From the NCBI GenBank assembly GCA_964485575.1, contig CAZAJO010000008.1:921-64920 (forward strand): a stretch of 64,000 nt of DNA, given 5' to 3'. Each line of letters opens with the position of its first letter. Positions within the stretch are counted from its first letter, which is position 1. The notes beneath the pieces are model-generated. The model was not told where the DNA came from, did no database searches, and saw only the letters and a list, made by a program, of their open reading frames with translations. The stretch comes from an uncultured Gammaproteobacteria bacterium (GTDB lineage: Bacteria > Patescibacteriota > Microgenomatia > Levybacterales > GWA1-39-11). This document shows, piece after piece, positions 37,623-47,564 of this stretch. The translations under genes were made by a program, and so were the position numbers.

Positions 37623-39975
37623 GTGTTGGACTTGGCGTCGGCGTATTTGTCGGACTATTATTGTCATAATGATAATTCGATTTGTCAGATGGCCTTTTGT
37701 ATTTGTTGTCATCTTTATAGTGCTCGTTAACCCACGCATCAATCGCTTCTTGCCATCTATTCTTTCCGTCAGTTGAGACCGGATCATCTTCGACAAAATT
37801 TATCACTTCAATTGTATCGTAATCATTGCGAGACACTTCTTCGTCAGATGCCAATTTTCCTTGATCGTGTTTTGACATTTTCAGCGTTTTAAATATTGGA
37901 GATTTTGTTGTTGGCTCAGTCCCTTTGATGAAATATTCAACCCTTGTTGGTTGTCCATCAATTGGAAGACCCCCTGAGAAAGCATCAATTTGCTTATCAA
38001 TAATGCTATCAGGCTTTTTGAATTCTTCTTTTGAGGTTCCCTTAAGGACTCGTGTCATAACTTTATTCCAGATAGGAGATGCACCTGTTACACCTGACGC
38101 AATACGGGGATCGAGTGGTGTGTTGTCATTATTTCCAACCCAGACACCCACTGCAAATGATGGAGTATATCCGATTGTCCAGTTATCTCTTTTCTGGTCA
38201 GTTGTACCGGTTTTGACTGCAACAGTTCTCCCAGAGACATTGAGCCATGAATTTGGTCCAAAGGCTTCAGTTCTAGCATTATTATCAAGAAGAATGTGGG
38301 ATATTAAAAATGCCACTGACTCCTCAAGAACCTGCTGTTGACCTTTATCTTGATGCTTATAAAGAGTCTTTCCATGAGTGTCTTTTACTTCTTCTATTCC
38401 AAATGTTTCCTTCTTTTGACCGCCTCTCGCAAACACCGAGTAAGCAGAGGTTATCTGCACAAGACTTGCTTCACGTCCACCCAAAACAAGAGACAATCCA
38501 ACACTCTTAAGATGATCTGCGGTTGGCTCCCAATTTGAGATTCCCATATCAAAACCTTTTTGCATTACAGGCTTTATTCCAACCCGGGCAAGCATTTTCA
38601 CAGCTGGAATGTTAAGAGAATTACCTAGTGAGAAGCGTAGTTGGACAGGTCCTCTAAATTTACCGTCGTAATTGACAGGGGTATACGCTGTGTTGTTTCC
38701 GCTTCCATCGTTGACTGGAAAATCTGTCTTTACATCCATAATAAGAGTTGAAGGGGTATAACCCTTTTCAAGGGCAACAGCATACATTATCGGCTTTAGA
38801 CTTGATCCCGGTTGACGAAGCGAAGTTGCTGCGTTGAATTGCCCGTCGATATCGTCATTAAAATAATCGCGACTCCCAAGCATTGCAAGAATTCCTCCCG
38901 TTTTGACATCCAATACCATAACCGCTGCATTCTGGACTTTAAAATTCTTAAATCCCTCAAATTCTTTTGTAACAATTCCCTCTGCATCATCCTGAATGTC
39001 AGAATCCAGAGTAGTTTTGATAGTTAAGTTTCCATTACTGACATAATTCTCTCCAAACATATCCACTAATTGTTGTCGTACCCACATAACAAAATGGGGG
39101 GCCTTAATAGCTTCTGTCTTATGCTCTTTGAATGTGAAATTTGATATTTCCTTTAACGATTCGTCGGCTTGTTTTTGGGAAATATACCCTTCATCCTTCA
39201 TGCGTCTTAAAACGTCTTTGGAACGTCCAATGTAATTCTTGTCACTGTTTGAGAAAGGAGAATAATATGAAGGTAACTGTGGAAGACCTCCTAAGAATGC
39301 GCTTTGGGCGAGTGTCAGGTCTTTTGCGTGCTTGTTAAAATATAAATTGCTCGCCGCCTCAATTCCTACAGATGTTCCTCCATAAGGAATGTTGTTAAGG
39401 TACATCTCCAAGATCTGATCTTTAGAATATTTACTGTCAACCTGAACGGCTAAAATGAGTTCTTTCAGTTTTCTTGTGATACTTCGCTCTGATGTCAGAA
39501 GGGCAATTTTTACTAATTGTTGCGTAATAGTAGATCCTCCAGTTGCACGCTTTCTTAATAGTGGATCTAAAATCACTCCCCGGAACATACCGGTCAGAGA
39601 AAATCCTTTATTGCGCATAAAGTCCTTATCTTCAGTTGCGATTGTGGCATTTCGTAAATCCTGTGGAATTTGGTCAAGTTTTACATAAATACGATTGTAG
39701 TCTTTGTAGAAAGAGTAGAGGAGCTTTCCATTTTTGTCCAAAATTCTTGTCGAATCCTTTATGTTTCCGTTTGCTAATTTTCCGGGAGTTGGAAGATCTC
39801 GGCTTACCCAAAGAACATAAACAAACCCAAATAAAATTAATCCCACTAAACCAAAGAAGAGGTATTTAGCAAGCTTTGCTTCTAAAAATGCCGTTTTTGA
39901 AGCGAAAAATGGACGTTTTCTTTGTGCGGTTCGGCGCAGACGACTATAATGCTGCATGAGTAGTCTAGTATACAA
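37612..39975 (-). CDS. class A penicillin-binding protein (bifunctional transglycosylase/transpeptidase) with Pro/Thr-rich C-terminal tail
   Basis: GT51 motif ATIATEDKDFMRNKGF, SxxK (GSSLKP) and KTGTT. Tail ...NNSPTNTPTPSPTPTP. Confidence 0.9.
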   Translation of the reverse strand: MYTRLLMQHYSRLRRTAQRKRPFFASKTAFLEAKLAKYLFFGLVGLILFGFVYVLWVSRDLPTPGKLANGNIKDSTRILDKNGKLLYSFYKDYNRIYVKLDQIPQDLRNATIATEDKDFMRNKGFSLTGMFRGVILDPLLRKRATGGSTITQQLVKIALLTSERSITRKLKELILAVQVDSKYSKDQILEMYLNNIPYGGTSVGIEAASNLYFNKHAKDLTLAQSAFLGGLPQLPSYYSPFSNSDKNYIGRSKDVLRRMKDEGYISQKQADESLKEISNFTFKEHKTEAIKAPHFVMWVRQQLVDMFGENYVSNGNLTIKTTLDSDIQDDAEGIVTKEFEGFKNFKVQNAAVMVLDVKTGGILAMLGSRDYFNDDIDGQFNAATSLRQPGSSLKPIMYAVALEKGYTPSTLIMDVKTDFPVNDGSGNNTAYTPVNYDGKFRGPVQLRFSLGNSLNIPAVKMLARVGIKPVMQKGFDMGISNWEPTADHLKSVGLSLVLGGREASLVQITSAYSVFARGGQKKETFGIEEVKDTHGKTLYKHQDKGQQQVLEESVAFLISHILLDNNARTEAFGPNSWLNVSGRTVAVKTGTTDQKRDNWTIGYTPSFAVGVWVGNNDNTPLDPRIASGVTGASPIWNKVMTRVLKGTSKEEFKKPDSIIDKQIDAFSGGLPIDGQPTRVEYFIKGTEPTTKSPIFKTLKMSKHDQGKLASDEEVSRNDYDTIEVINFVEDDPVSTDGKNRWQEAIDAWVNEHYKDDNKYKRPSDKSNYHYDNNSPTNTPTPSPTPTP

Positions 39976-40004
39976 TTTTTGAGAGTAACAATCAAAAATG
40001 AAGC

Positions 40005-40478
40005 TTATTTCATGTATTTTTTGAGGTAATTTATTCTTTCAGTTTGGATGATGTATCTTCTGAAAGCGGAGTGGAGTGGGCGGGGCAAATTGTCGAGAGT
40101 GAACCATCCGATATCATCAATCTTATCCTTTTCCATGATTTTTACATTCCTTGGATCAACTTTAACGATAAATCCAATTGCTAGCCAGTGAGTCTTTATT
40201 CCTTTTTGAATACGTATCGCCGAGATTGCCGGAATCTGTTCCAGAATTTCTGCTTTACACCCCAATTCTTCTTTAACCTCTCGCAAAACTCCCTGCTCAG
40301 GCGTCTCTCCAAACTCTAATTGTCCACCCCCATTATCCCACCGTCCAACCTCATCTCTACAGGCTTTACCCCTTTTATGTAATAGGATGTTGCCTTTTCC
40401 ATCCATGCAATAAAAATTCATGGTAACTCCAATATAATCAATCCCAACTTTACGTTTCATAGTACAGCAGTATACCAA
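40005..40478 (-). CDS. NUDIX hydrolase (third paralog)
   Basis: Nudix box GGGQLEFGETPEQGVLREVKEELG. Confidence 0.8.
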   Translation of the reverse strand: MVYCCTMKRKVGIDYIGVTMNFYCMDGKGNILLHKRGKACRDEVGRWDNGGGQLEFGETPEQGVLREVKEELGCKAEILEQIPAISAIRIQKGIKTHWLAIGFIVKVDPRNVKIMEKDKIDDIGWFTLDNLPRPLHSAFRRYIIQTERINYLKKYMK

Positions 40479-40524
40479 ATGAGAATGTTATGGCAAAAAA
40501 ATCTAAATTGACTATAATCTATAT

Positions 40525-41718
40525 ATGGACGAAATAGAGCAATTACTGACCCGTGGCGTTGACAAGGTATACCCCTCAAAGGACGCTTTGGAGAAAGAAC
40601 TCCGTTCTGGCAAAAAATTAAAACTTTATGAAGGGTTTGATCCAACAGGAACAGATCTTCACATTGGGCACATGATAGGCCTTCGCAAATTGGCGCAATG
40701 GCAAAAATTGGGACATCATGTCATTTTTCTCATCGGAACAGGAACAGGGCAAGCTGGGGATCCATCCGGAAAGCTATCATCTCGTGAAAAATTCTTTAAC
40801 GAAGAGGAGTTAAAGAAAAACGCTAAAGACTATGTAATGCAGGCAAAAAAGCTTCTTGAATTTGAAGGGCCCAATCCTGTTGAAATCCTTTATAACGGCG
40901 ACTGGTTGAACAAACTTACACTTACCCAAATCTTAGAGATTTTTGGACACATTACCCATCAACAACTCATCGAACGAGATATGTTCCAGGAGAGGATAAA
41001 AGCAAACAGTGATATTAATATGAGGGAATTCATCTATCCGGTTCTTCAAGGGTATGATTCTGTTGCCATGAATGTCGATCTTGAGTTAGGAGGAACCGAT
41101 CAAACATTTAATATGCTTGTTGGTCGAAAACTCCAACGATCTATTAATAACCGGGAGAAATTTGTGATGACAACGCCACTTCTTACCGACTCAAAAGGTA
41201 CAAAAATTGGAAAATCTGAAGGCAATGTAATCGGTCTTACTGACAAGCCGGAGGACCTTTTCGGTAAAATCATGAGCCTTTCAGATGATGTAATTGTTAA
41301 GGCAATGGAGTATCTGACAGACATTCCGATGAGTGAGATACGTGAGATTGAAGAGAAAATAAAGCATGAGAATCCAATTATTTTTAAGAAAAGGTTGGCA
41401 TTTGAGATTGTGAAGCAATTGAATACCGAGAGTGACGCAAAAAGTGCAGAAGAAACATTTAGAAGCGTGGTGCAAGAAAAAACTGTACCATCAGATATAC
41501 CTGAATTTGATTTTCCAAACGGTACAACGGTTTCGGCATCAGCCACTTCAAACAACCTTGTTGATTCAAATTCTGAGTGGAAAAGACTCGTTTCCCAAGG
41601 TGCAGTTTCAGTAGATGGAAAGCGGATAGAAAATCCATTCATGAAAAATGATGAACTGCCCGCTGGCGGAATTCTCAAAATAGGAAACAGAAATTATGCT
41701 AAAATAAAAAAAAGCTAA
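40525..41718 (+). CDS. tyrS: tyrosyl-tRNA synthetase
   Basis: HIGH motif (LHIGHM), KMSKS-type motif (KIGKSEGN) and a C-terminal S4-like domain. The 397-aa length fits TyrRS rather than TrpRS. Confidence 0.85.
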   Translation: MDEIEQLLTRGVDKVYPSKDALEKELRSGKKLKLYEGFDPTGTDLHIGHMIGLRKLAQWQKLGHHVIFLIGTGTGQAGDPSGKLSSREKFFNEEELKKNAKDYVMQAKKLLEFEGPNPVEILYNGDWLNKLTLTQILEIFGHITHQQLIERDMFQERIKANSDINMREFIYPVLQGYDSVAMNVDLELGGTDQTFNMLVGRKLQRSINNREKFVMTTPLLTDSKGTKIGKSEGNVIGLTDKPEDLFGKIMSLSDDVIVKAMEYLTDIPMSEIREIEEKIKHENPIIFKKRLAFEIVKQLNTESDAKSAEETFRSVVQEKTVPSDIPEFDFPNGTTVSASATSNNLVDSNSEWKRLVSQGAVSVDGKRIENPFMKNDELPAGGILKIGNRNYAKIKKS

Positions 41719-41719
41719 C

Positions 41720-41821
41720 ATGGAAACAATACGGAAGAAAAAATGGATTATGCGCACCCTTATGGTCATCGTGACACTGGCTATGGTCGCAACCATCATT
41801 TTACCCTACGTCATACAATAG
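41720..41821 (+). CDS. 33-aa putative single-TM micropeptide METIRKKKWIMRTLMVIVTLAMVATIILPYVIQ
   Basis: ATG 2 nt after the tyrS stop; its TAG abuts the recG ATG (41822). Basic N-terminus followed by a 20-aa hydrophobic helix. Confidence 0.35.
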   Translation: METIRKKKWIMRTLMVIVTLAMVATIILPYVIQ

Positions 41822-43864
41822 ATGAATCTTGATACTCCTGTTGGAGAACTCGGACTTACATTCCGACTTAAAAAATCAGCACTTGCTAGACTCAACATTT
41901 TCACTCTAGGAGATCTCCTTTTTCATCTCCCATTCAGGTACGAGGACTTCACAAATGCCGTTACCATTAGAAATCTTAAGATAGGGCAACAATCTGTGAT
42001 AAGAGGAAAGGTTCTTGATATAAAGAACGAGTACACAAAAAAAAGGTTTGTTCTTCAAAAAGCAAAAATCATGGATGACACGGGAACTGTCGAATGCACT
42101 TGGTTCAATCAAACATATATAACCCGAATTATCCATAAAGGTGACGAAATAGGACTTGTCGGAAAGCTTGATTTTTTTGGGAAAAAACCCACCTTTCAAG
42201 TAAAAGAATATGAAGTCATATCCAACGAATCTGGGCTTCATACAACTGGATTTGTACCTGTTTACAATGAAACGAAAGGACTTTCATCCAAATGGTTACG
42301 AAACAGAATAAATGACATCCTCACTAATAATAAAACGACTGTTCAGGAATATTTACCTCTACAAGAATTGAAAAAACTCAACTTCGCCGATTTGTATACT
42401 GCTCTTAAGACTTGTCATTTTCCCCAAGATATAAAATCAGCTGACCTTGCACGAGCGCGACTAGCTTTTGATGAATTATTACTTTCACACTTAGCAGCAA
42501 TTAAAAGAAGACGCGAATGGGAAGAAAAAAATAAAGGAGTACCATTCCAAACTGCAAATTACAAACTGCAAACTACAAAATTTATAAACTCCTTGCCATT
42601 TGAGCTAACAGGTGGACAGAAAAAAGCACTCTCAGATATTGAAAATGATTTACAAAGGGATATACCAATGAATAGACTCTTGGAGGGGGATGTAGGTAGT
42701 GGAAAAACAGTTGTTGCAGCGATTTCGATGTATATAGCACACCTCAATTCTTTCCAGTCAGTACTAATGGCACCCACGGAGATTCTTGCCAACCAACATT
42801 ACGATACTATTTCAAAACTCTTCGAACCCCTAGGTGTTTCAGTCGGCCTCCTCACCGGTTCGTCCAAAACAGGTTCTAAACTCTCAACTCTCAACTCTCA
42901 ATTCTCAATTCTTGTAGGTACTCACGCTCTTATTCAAAAAAATGTGAATTTTGAAAAACTAGGACTTGTTGTCATTGATGAGCAGCAGCGGTTTGGGGTA
43001 GAACAGCGCTCGATCTTACGAGAAAAAGGTACTAACCCTCATTTCTTGACGATGACTGCAACACCTATCCCAAGAACAATTCTCTTGGCTGTATATAAAG
43101 ACCTTGATATTTCATTATTAAATGAATTGCCGAAGGGAAGGCAAAAGATAAAGACTTGGCTTGTCCCCAACAAAAAAAGAGAGAAAGCATACGAATGGAT
43201 AAAAAAACAGATTGTCGAAAGTGAATTTGCCGATCAAGCATTTATTGTTTGTCCATTTATAGAAGATTCTGAAAGCATGGACACCATCAAAGCAGCAAAA
43301 TCAGAGTTTGAAAGGTTGCAGCATGAGGATCTGAAAGGACTCAAGCTTGGATTGTTACATGGAAAAATGACAGGAAAAGAAAAAGATCAGGTGCTTATGG
43401 ACTTTAAGGATAAAAAAACACACGTACTTGTCGCAACACCTGTTGTTGAGGTAGGAATTGATATACCAGGTGCCACAATCATGGTAATTGAGGCCGCCGA
43501 GCGATTTGGACTTTCCCAGCTACACCAGCTCCGAGGTAGGGTAGGCCGGGGTGACAAGCAGTCTTATTGTCTCTTATTCACCGAATCTGAATCTGAGATT
43601 GCTACAAAAAGACTATCATTTATGGAAACTTCCCATAGTGGTTTTGAACTTGCAGAGTTGGATCTAAAACTTCGTGGTGGAGGAGACCTTTTCGGTACAC
43701 GCCAACACGGAGCAGGCGGCATGAAAATTGCAGATTTTTCAAATTTTGAACTTGTTGAAAAAGCAAAAAACGAAGCTGAATATTTGATCAAAGATCTGGA
43801 AAATAATCCGAAGCTTTTAGAAAAAGTGGAAAGTGTCTCGCAAAAATTAGTCCACCCCGACTAG
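41822..43864 (+). CDS. recG: ATP-dependent DNA helicase RecG
   Basis: N-terminal wedge/OB region, Walker A GDVGSGKT, DEQQRFG, and helicase motif VI QLRGRVGRG. Confidence 0.9.
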   Translation: MNLDTPVGELGLTFRLKKSALARLNIFTLGDLLFHLPFRYEDFTNAVTIRNLKIGQQSVIRGKVLDIKNEYTKKRFVLQKAKIMDDTGTVECTWFNQTYITRIIHKGDEIGLVGKLDFFGKKPTFQVKEYEVISNESGLHTTGFVPVYNETKGLSSKWLRNRINDILTNNKTTVQEYLPLQELKKLNFADLYTALKTCHFPQDIKSADLARARLAFDELLLSHLAAIKRRREWEEKNKGVPFQTANYKLQTTKFINSLPFELTGGQKKALSDIENDLQRDIPMNRLLEGDVGSGKTVVAAISMYIAHLNSFQSVLMAPTEILANQHYDTISKLFEPLGVSVGLLTGSSKTGSKLSTLNSQFSILVGTHALIQKNVNFEKLGLVVIDEQQRFGVEQRSILREKGTNPHFLTMTATPIPRTILLAVYKDLDISLLNELPKGRQKIKTWLVPNKKREKAYEWIKKQIVESEFADQAFIVCPFIEDSESMDTIKAAKSEFERLQHEDLKGLKLGLLHGKMTGKEKDQVLMDFKDKKTHVLVATPVVEVGIDIPGATIMVIEAAERFGLSQLHQLRGRVGRGDKQSYCLLFTESESEIATKRLSFMETSHSGFELAELDLKLRGGGDLFGTRQHGAGGMKIADFSNFELVEKAKNEAEYLIKDLENNPKLLEKVESVSQKLVHPD

Positions 43865-43905
43865 TATTGCCATTAAGCCTCAAATTCTGTATAATACTGA
43901 GAAGT

Positions 43906-44082
43906 ATGCCACAAGAGCCAAAGAGAAGACATTCTAGACAAAGAAAGGGGAAAAGACGAAGCTCTATTTCTCTTGATTCAATTGCAGCCTCAGTTTGCAA
44001 AAACTGTGGATCTGTAGTTGTACCTCACACTATCTGCAAAGCATGCGGATATTACAAAGGCCGCCAAGTACTTTCTAAATAA
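43906..44082 (+). CDS. rpmF: 50S ribosomal protein L32
   Basis: MPQEPKRRHSRQRKGKRR...CKNCGSVVVPHTICKACGYYKGRQV matches bL32 (MAVPKRRTS...CPNCG..HRVCPSCGYYKG). A TATAAT sits at ~43890-43895, 10 nt upstream. The track ORF start at 43867 is probably too early. Confidence 0.85.
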   Translation: MPQEPKRRHSRQRKGKRRSSISLDSIAASVCKNCGSVVVPHTICKACGYYKGRQVLSK

Positions 44083-44091
44083 TATAACTTC

Positions 44092-44445
44092 ATGAAAACT
44101 GCTCTTGATCCAAGGCATAAGAAGAGACAGGACATTGTTCAACTTCTTTTTTCCTACAGTTTTTTAGAACAAAAAATTTCTGATCCAAAAGCTCGAGAAG
44201 TAATATCAAAAATTCCGGAATTGGATCTACAAATAAATAATATAGCTCCCGAATTCCCAATAGACAAAATCAACAAAGTTGACCTGTCTATTTTACGTCT
44301 GGCTATTTATGAGTTACAATTTGAGAAGAGCACTCCACCGAAAGTAATCATTGATGAAGCAATTGAGTTAGCTAAAGAATTTGGAGGAGAATCGTCTCCA
44401 GGCTTTATAAATGGAGCTCTTGGGAAGTTGTTAAAAAGTCTATGA
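44092..44445 (+). CDS. nusB: transcription antitermination factor NusB
   Basis: ...KVDLSILRLAIYELQFEKSTPPKVIIDEAIELAKEFGGESSPGFINGALGKL matches the NusB signature. Confidence 0.8.
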   Translation: MKTALDPRHKKRQDIVQLLFSYSFLEQKISDPKAREVISKIPELDLQINNIAPEFPIDKINKVDLSILRLAIYELQFEKSTPPKVIIDEAIELAKEFGGESSPGFINGALGKLLKSL

Positions 44446-45113
44446 ATGTTAAATTACCAGAATTCAAGGATGAAAAAATCCGAAAACTAGTTTTTACCCA
44501 TAGGTCATACCTTAACGAAAATAAAGAGGTACAAGAGTCAAATGAGCGTCTTGAATTTTTGGGGGATAGTATCCTTTCATTTGTCGTTTCATCCCACATC
44601 TACTCACAACACCCGGACATAAAAGAAGGGGATCTGACTAGTCTCAGATCAGTTCTAACAAATACGCAGACTCTGTATCTCGTCTCAGAAGCTTTAGGAC
44701 TTGGCAATCTACTTACTATGAGTAAAGGGGAGGAAGACGGCGGTGGAAGGACGAACAAGACTATTCTTGCAAATACTTACGAGGCTGTTGTGGGAGGTCT
44801 TTATCTTGATCAAGGGATAGATGCAGCTCGGGAATTCATTACTCAAACTATTATTGAGAATGCTAATGAATTCGTAGGATCTCAAGGACTAAAAGACGCA
44901 AAAAGCATGCTGCAAGAATATATGCAAGAAAAGTTTAAAGTCAGTCCTGATTATAGAATCTTGGATGAGCAAGGACCTGATCACGACAAAAATTATACTT
45001 CAGGCGTATTTTTGAATGGTGAATTGATAGCCAAAGGGGTAGGACATTCAAAACAAGAGGCTGAAAAAGACGCTGCACAAAAGGCTCTTGAGACAATGAA
45101 CGTTTCATATTAA
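44442..45113 (+). CDS. rnc: ribonuclease III
   Basis: ERLEFLGDSIL catalytic signature and a C-terminal dsRBD. Confidence 0.92.
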   Translation: MNVKLPEFKDEKIRKLVFTHRSYLNENKEVQESNERLEFLGDSILSFVVSSHIYSQHPDIKEGDLTSLRSVLTNTQTLYLVSEALGLGNLLTMSKGEEDGGGRTNKTILANTYEAVVGGLYLDQGIDAAREFITQTIIENANEFVGSQGLKDAKSMLQEYMQEKFKVSPDYRILDEQGPDHDKNYTSGVFLNGELIAKGVGHSKQEAEKDAAQKALETMNVSY

Positions 45114-45161
45114 TTAAATGCTTGTAATTGAGCCTCAAAAATAGTACAATTACACCTTACT

Positions 45162-45428
45162 ATGTTAGTTATTAGATTTACAAGAACAGGAAAAAGAGGA
45201 GAGAGAAAATACAGACTCGTCGTCAAAGAAAAGAGAAGTAAAAGAGACGGCAAGCCTGTAGATTTGCTTGGCTTCTACGAAAAAACAGTTAATTCCGTAA
45301 CGAAGGAATTCGATGCTGACAAAATAAAGTACTGGATTTCAAAAGGCGCACAAATGACACCTTCTGTTAAGGACGTTATTGAAGGTGTTAAAAGAGAAAA
45401 AAAGGTAAAGGCTCCAAAAACAAATTAA
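45162..45428 (+). CDS. rpsP: 30S ribosomal protein S16
   Basis: MLVIRFTRTGKRGERKYRLVV... is the bS16 pattern. Confidence 0.85.
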   Translation: MLVIRFTRTGKRGERKYRLVVKEKRSKRDGKPVDLLGFYEKTVNSVTKEFDADKIKYWISKGAQMTPSVKDVIEGVKREKKVKAPKTN

Positions 45429-45429
45429 C

Positions 45430-45678
45430 ATGAAAGAAACACTCGAATATATTCTTGCTGCAATCATTGACAATAAAGATGTTACTGTTACAGAAAGCGA
45501 GGAAGAGGGAAGCATTATCCTAACAATTCACGCTCCACAAGAAGAAATAGGAAGAATCATCGGAAAAGGCGGAAAAGTCATCAACGCTATGAAGCAGTTA
45601 GTAAAAATTCAGGCAATCCGCGAGAACAAAAGAGTTGAAATAAATGTAGAAGAGTCAGAATCAGAACCCCAAGAGTAA
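45430..45678 (+). CDS. KH-domain RNA-binding protein (YlqC/UPF0109-like)
   Basis: GRIIGKGGKVINAMK is a KH GXXG loop. Conserved position between rpsP and trmD. Confidence 0.75.
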   Translation: MKETLEYILAAIIDNKDVTVTESEEEGSIILTIHAPQEEIGRIIGKGGKVINAMKQLVKIQAIRENKRVEINVEESESEPQE

Positions 45679-45679
45679 C

Positions 45680-46366
45680 GTGAAAATCTCCGTTATAACA
45701 CTGTTCCCAGAAATATTTGAACCTATTCTCAATCATTCTATTCTAAAACGTGCCACTGAAAAAGGGCTGGTCGAATTTAATATCGTCAGTCACAGAGATT
45801 TTGGAATAGGAGCTCACAAAACGGTTGATGATAGACCATATGGAGGGGGAGCTGGGATGGTTTTACGAGTTGACGTCTTAAGTCAAGCAATTGATTCCGT
45901 AAAAATGAACCTAGAAGGCGAAGTTGTGGCTCTTATGGATCCACAAGGAGAAGTCTATTCTCAAGAAAAGTCAGAAGATTTTTCAAAACTCAATCATCTT
46001 ATTTTAGTTTGTGGACACTATGAAGGATTTGATGAGAGAGTACGGGATCTGGTAGACGTTGAGATATCTGTAGGAGACTATGTCCTTACCGGAGGCGAAA
46101 TTCCTGCAATGATCATTCTAGACAGCGTGACAAGACTTGTTGATGGGGTACTTAAAGACAAAAATGCAACCAGATTTGAATCACATTCAAAAACAGAAGA
46201 GGGTAGAATCCTTGAAGGTCCAACGTACACAAGACCGGAAGAATACAATTCAAAGAAGGTACCGGAGGTATTATTGTCAGGCGATCCAAAGAAAATAGCT
46301 GAATTTAAAAAAAACGAGGCCATCAAAACTACGAAGAGCAAGAGACCCGATCTTCTCAAAGACTAA
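45680..46366 (+). CDS. trmD: tRNA (guanine37-N1)-methyltransferase
   Basis: MKISVITLFPEIFEPILNHSILKRA...DDRPYGGGAGMVL. Confidence 0.9.
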   Translation: MKISVITLFPEIFEPILNHSILKRATEKGLVEFNIVSHRDFGIGAHKTVDDRPYGGGAGMVLRVDVLSQAIDSVKMNLEGEVVALMDPQGEVYSQEKSEDFSKLNHLILVCGHYEGFDERVRDLVDVEISVGDYVLTGGEIPAMIILDSVTRLVDGVLKDKNATRFESHSKTEEGRILEGPTYTRPEEYNSKKVPEVLLSGDPKKIAEFKKNEAIKTTKSKRPDLLKD

Positions 46367-47019
46367 CGCCAACTCTTAAGAGTGTTAAGTTGAGATTCTT
46401 CTGCTTTCGTTAAGTTTTTAACAGCAGTAGTATCGGCGTTTAAGGGTCTTATCGTTACCGGTTTATAATAGAAATTAACGTCAAGTCTTGCATCAGATTT
46501 TGCCAAATCAATAGCCTTTATATCCACCAACGGAATACTTTTATACAATTCTTGAGCAAATTTGCGTAGATTAACATTTTCTCCTGAAGCATTCACTAGA
46601 ATATTAAGAAATGGTATGCCATTCACTACTTTAGCAGTAGGCTGCACCTTCTTATCAGTTTCTGAAGCATAAATTCCACCTACTTTAATACTAAAACCAC
46701 CGAGCTTTACTCCTGCTCTTTCTGCTGCCTTATTGAGCTCAGTGTATATCAAAACTACGTCTTTTTGTAAAGGGAGCGCTGTAGTTACTACTTCATAATT
46801 CTCGTCAACGACTGCTTGCGGAAGAGAATTGAGTAGGGTTACGCTTTGGTCTTTTGCATCGACTGTCGAAGATTTTGTGGTCAATAATGATTGCACGTCT
46901 TGGATGTCGGACCACTGGGGCATTACAATCCGGAAAAACACGAAAAAGGAAGCAAAGCCAAATATCAAAGGCAACAATTGTTTCTTTCTTTTTCTGTAAA
47001 TCAATTCTAACTCGTGCAT
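46363..47019 (-). CDS. pilO: type IV pilus assembly protein PilO-like
   Basis: Third gene of the pilM-pilN-X operon. N-terminal TM helix, then a periplasmic domain. 4-nt overlap with the trmD stop. Confidence 0.5.
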   Translation of the reverse strand: MHELELIYRKRKKQLLPLIFGFASFFVFFRIVMPQWSDIQDVQSLLTTKSSTVDAKDQSVTLLNSLPQAVVDENYEVVTTALPLQKDVVLIYTELNKAAERAGVKLGGFSIKVGGIYASETDKKVQPTAKVVNGIPFLNILVNASGENVNLRKFAQELYKSIPLVDIKAIDLAKSDARLDVNFYYKPVTIRPLNADTTAVKNLTKAEESQLNTLKSWR

Positions 47020-47022
47020 ATA

Positions 47023-47559
47023 TTATTTGAATGTTATCCCGAATGTCAGACTGTATCTTAAGGTCTTTGGATTTAAGCCAAACGATCTCATATCGATTTT
47101 CTTGATCCCTCTTTTTTTGTCTGACGCAAGCTGGGCAATTTTACTTTCAATAAGATCATTGAGAGAAGAGAGGCTTTCAGATTCCAATGTAACCTGCATC
47201 TCCGTATCTGTACCATTGATTGCATCGACTTCTGAATCTTGTGGTATAACACCGGATATTGAATCAAGTCTTGCGACAACTGGAGATCTCTTGCTCAAAA
47301 CTTTTTGTACATCTATTATTCTGCTTTTTATTTCTATCAACTTGTCTTTCTTATCTTGCATAGCAAGTAGTTGAGCATTAAGTTTTTGCTCCTTTTGATC
47401 AAGACTGTCGTAAACTCCCCTCAGAACAAGTCTGTAGACGATTAGTCCCAATGAGATAACAACCGTGAAGCAAAAAACTCCGGCAGTGATATAGAAGAAT
47501 TTCTTTAAAGCGTTATCTACACGTTTACGACCTAATGAGAGATTGATTCCTTGTTTCAT
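47023..47559 (-). CDS. pilN: type IV pilus assembly protein PilN-like
   Basis: Single TM (FFYITAGVFCFTVVISLGLIVY) followed by a coiled coil, directly after pilM. Confidence 0.6.
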   Translation of the reverse strand: MKQGINLSLGRKRVDNALKKFFYITAGVFCFTVVISLGLIVYRLVLRGVYDSLDQKEQKLNAQLLAMQDKKDKLIEIKSRIIDVQKVLSKRSPVVARLDSISGVIPQDSEVDAINGTDTEMQVTLESESLSSLNDLIESKIAQLASDKKRGIKKIDMRSFGLNPKTLRYSLTFGITFK

Positions 47560-47564
47560 AGAGG

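Noticed and set aside
37602-39869. Small ORFs overlapping PBP1A (37602-37796, 37925-38341, 38088-38288, 38310-38538, 38796-39027, 39141-39869)
   Set aside because: They are inside or antisense to the well-supported 787-aa PBP gene and have no recognisable motifs.
42884-42911. Protein-level similarity between the RecG segment KLSTLNSQFS and pilin leaders
   Set aside because: The segment sits in a variable RecG loop and is too short for homology. It is retained only as a DNA-level heptamer-repeat observation.
41100-43000. Antisense and alternative-frame ORFs within tyrS and recG (41100-41678, 41281-41475, 41432-41614, 41608-41799, 41906-42241, 42559-42792)
   Set aside because: They are embedded in strongly supported housekeeping genes.
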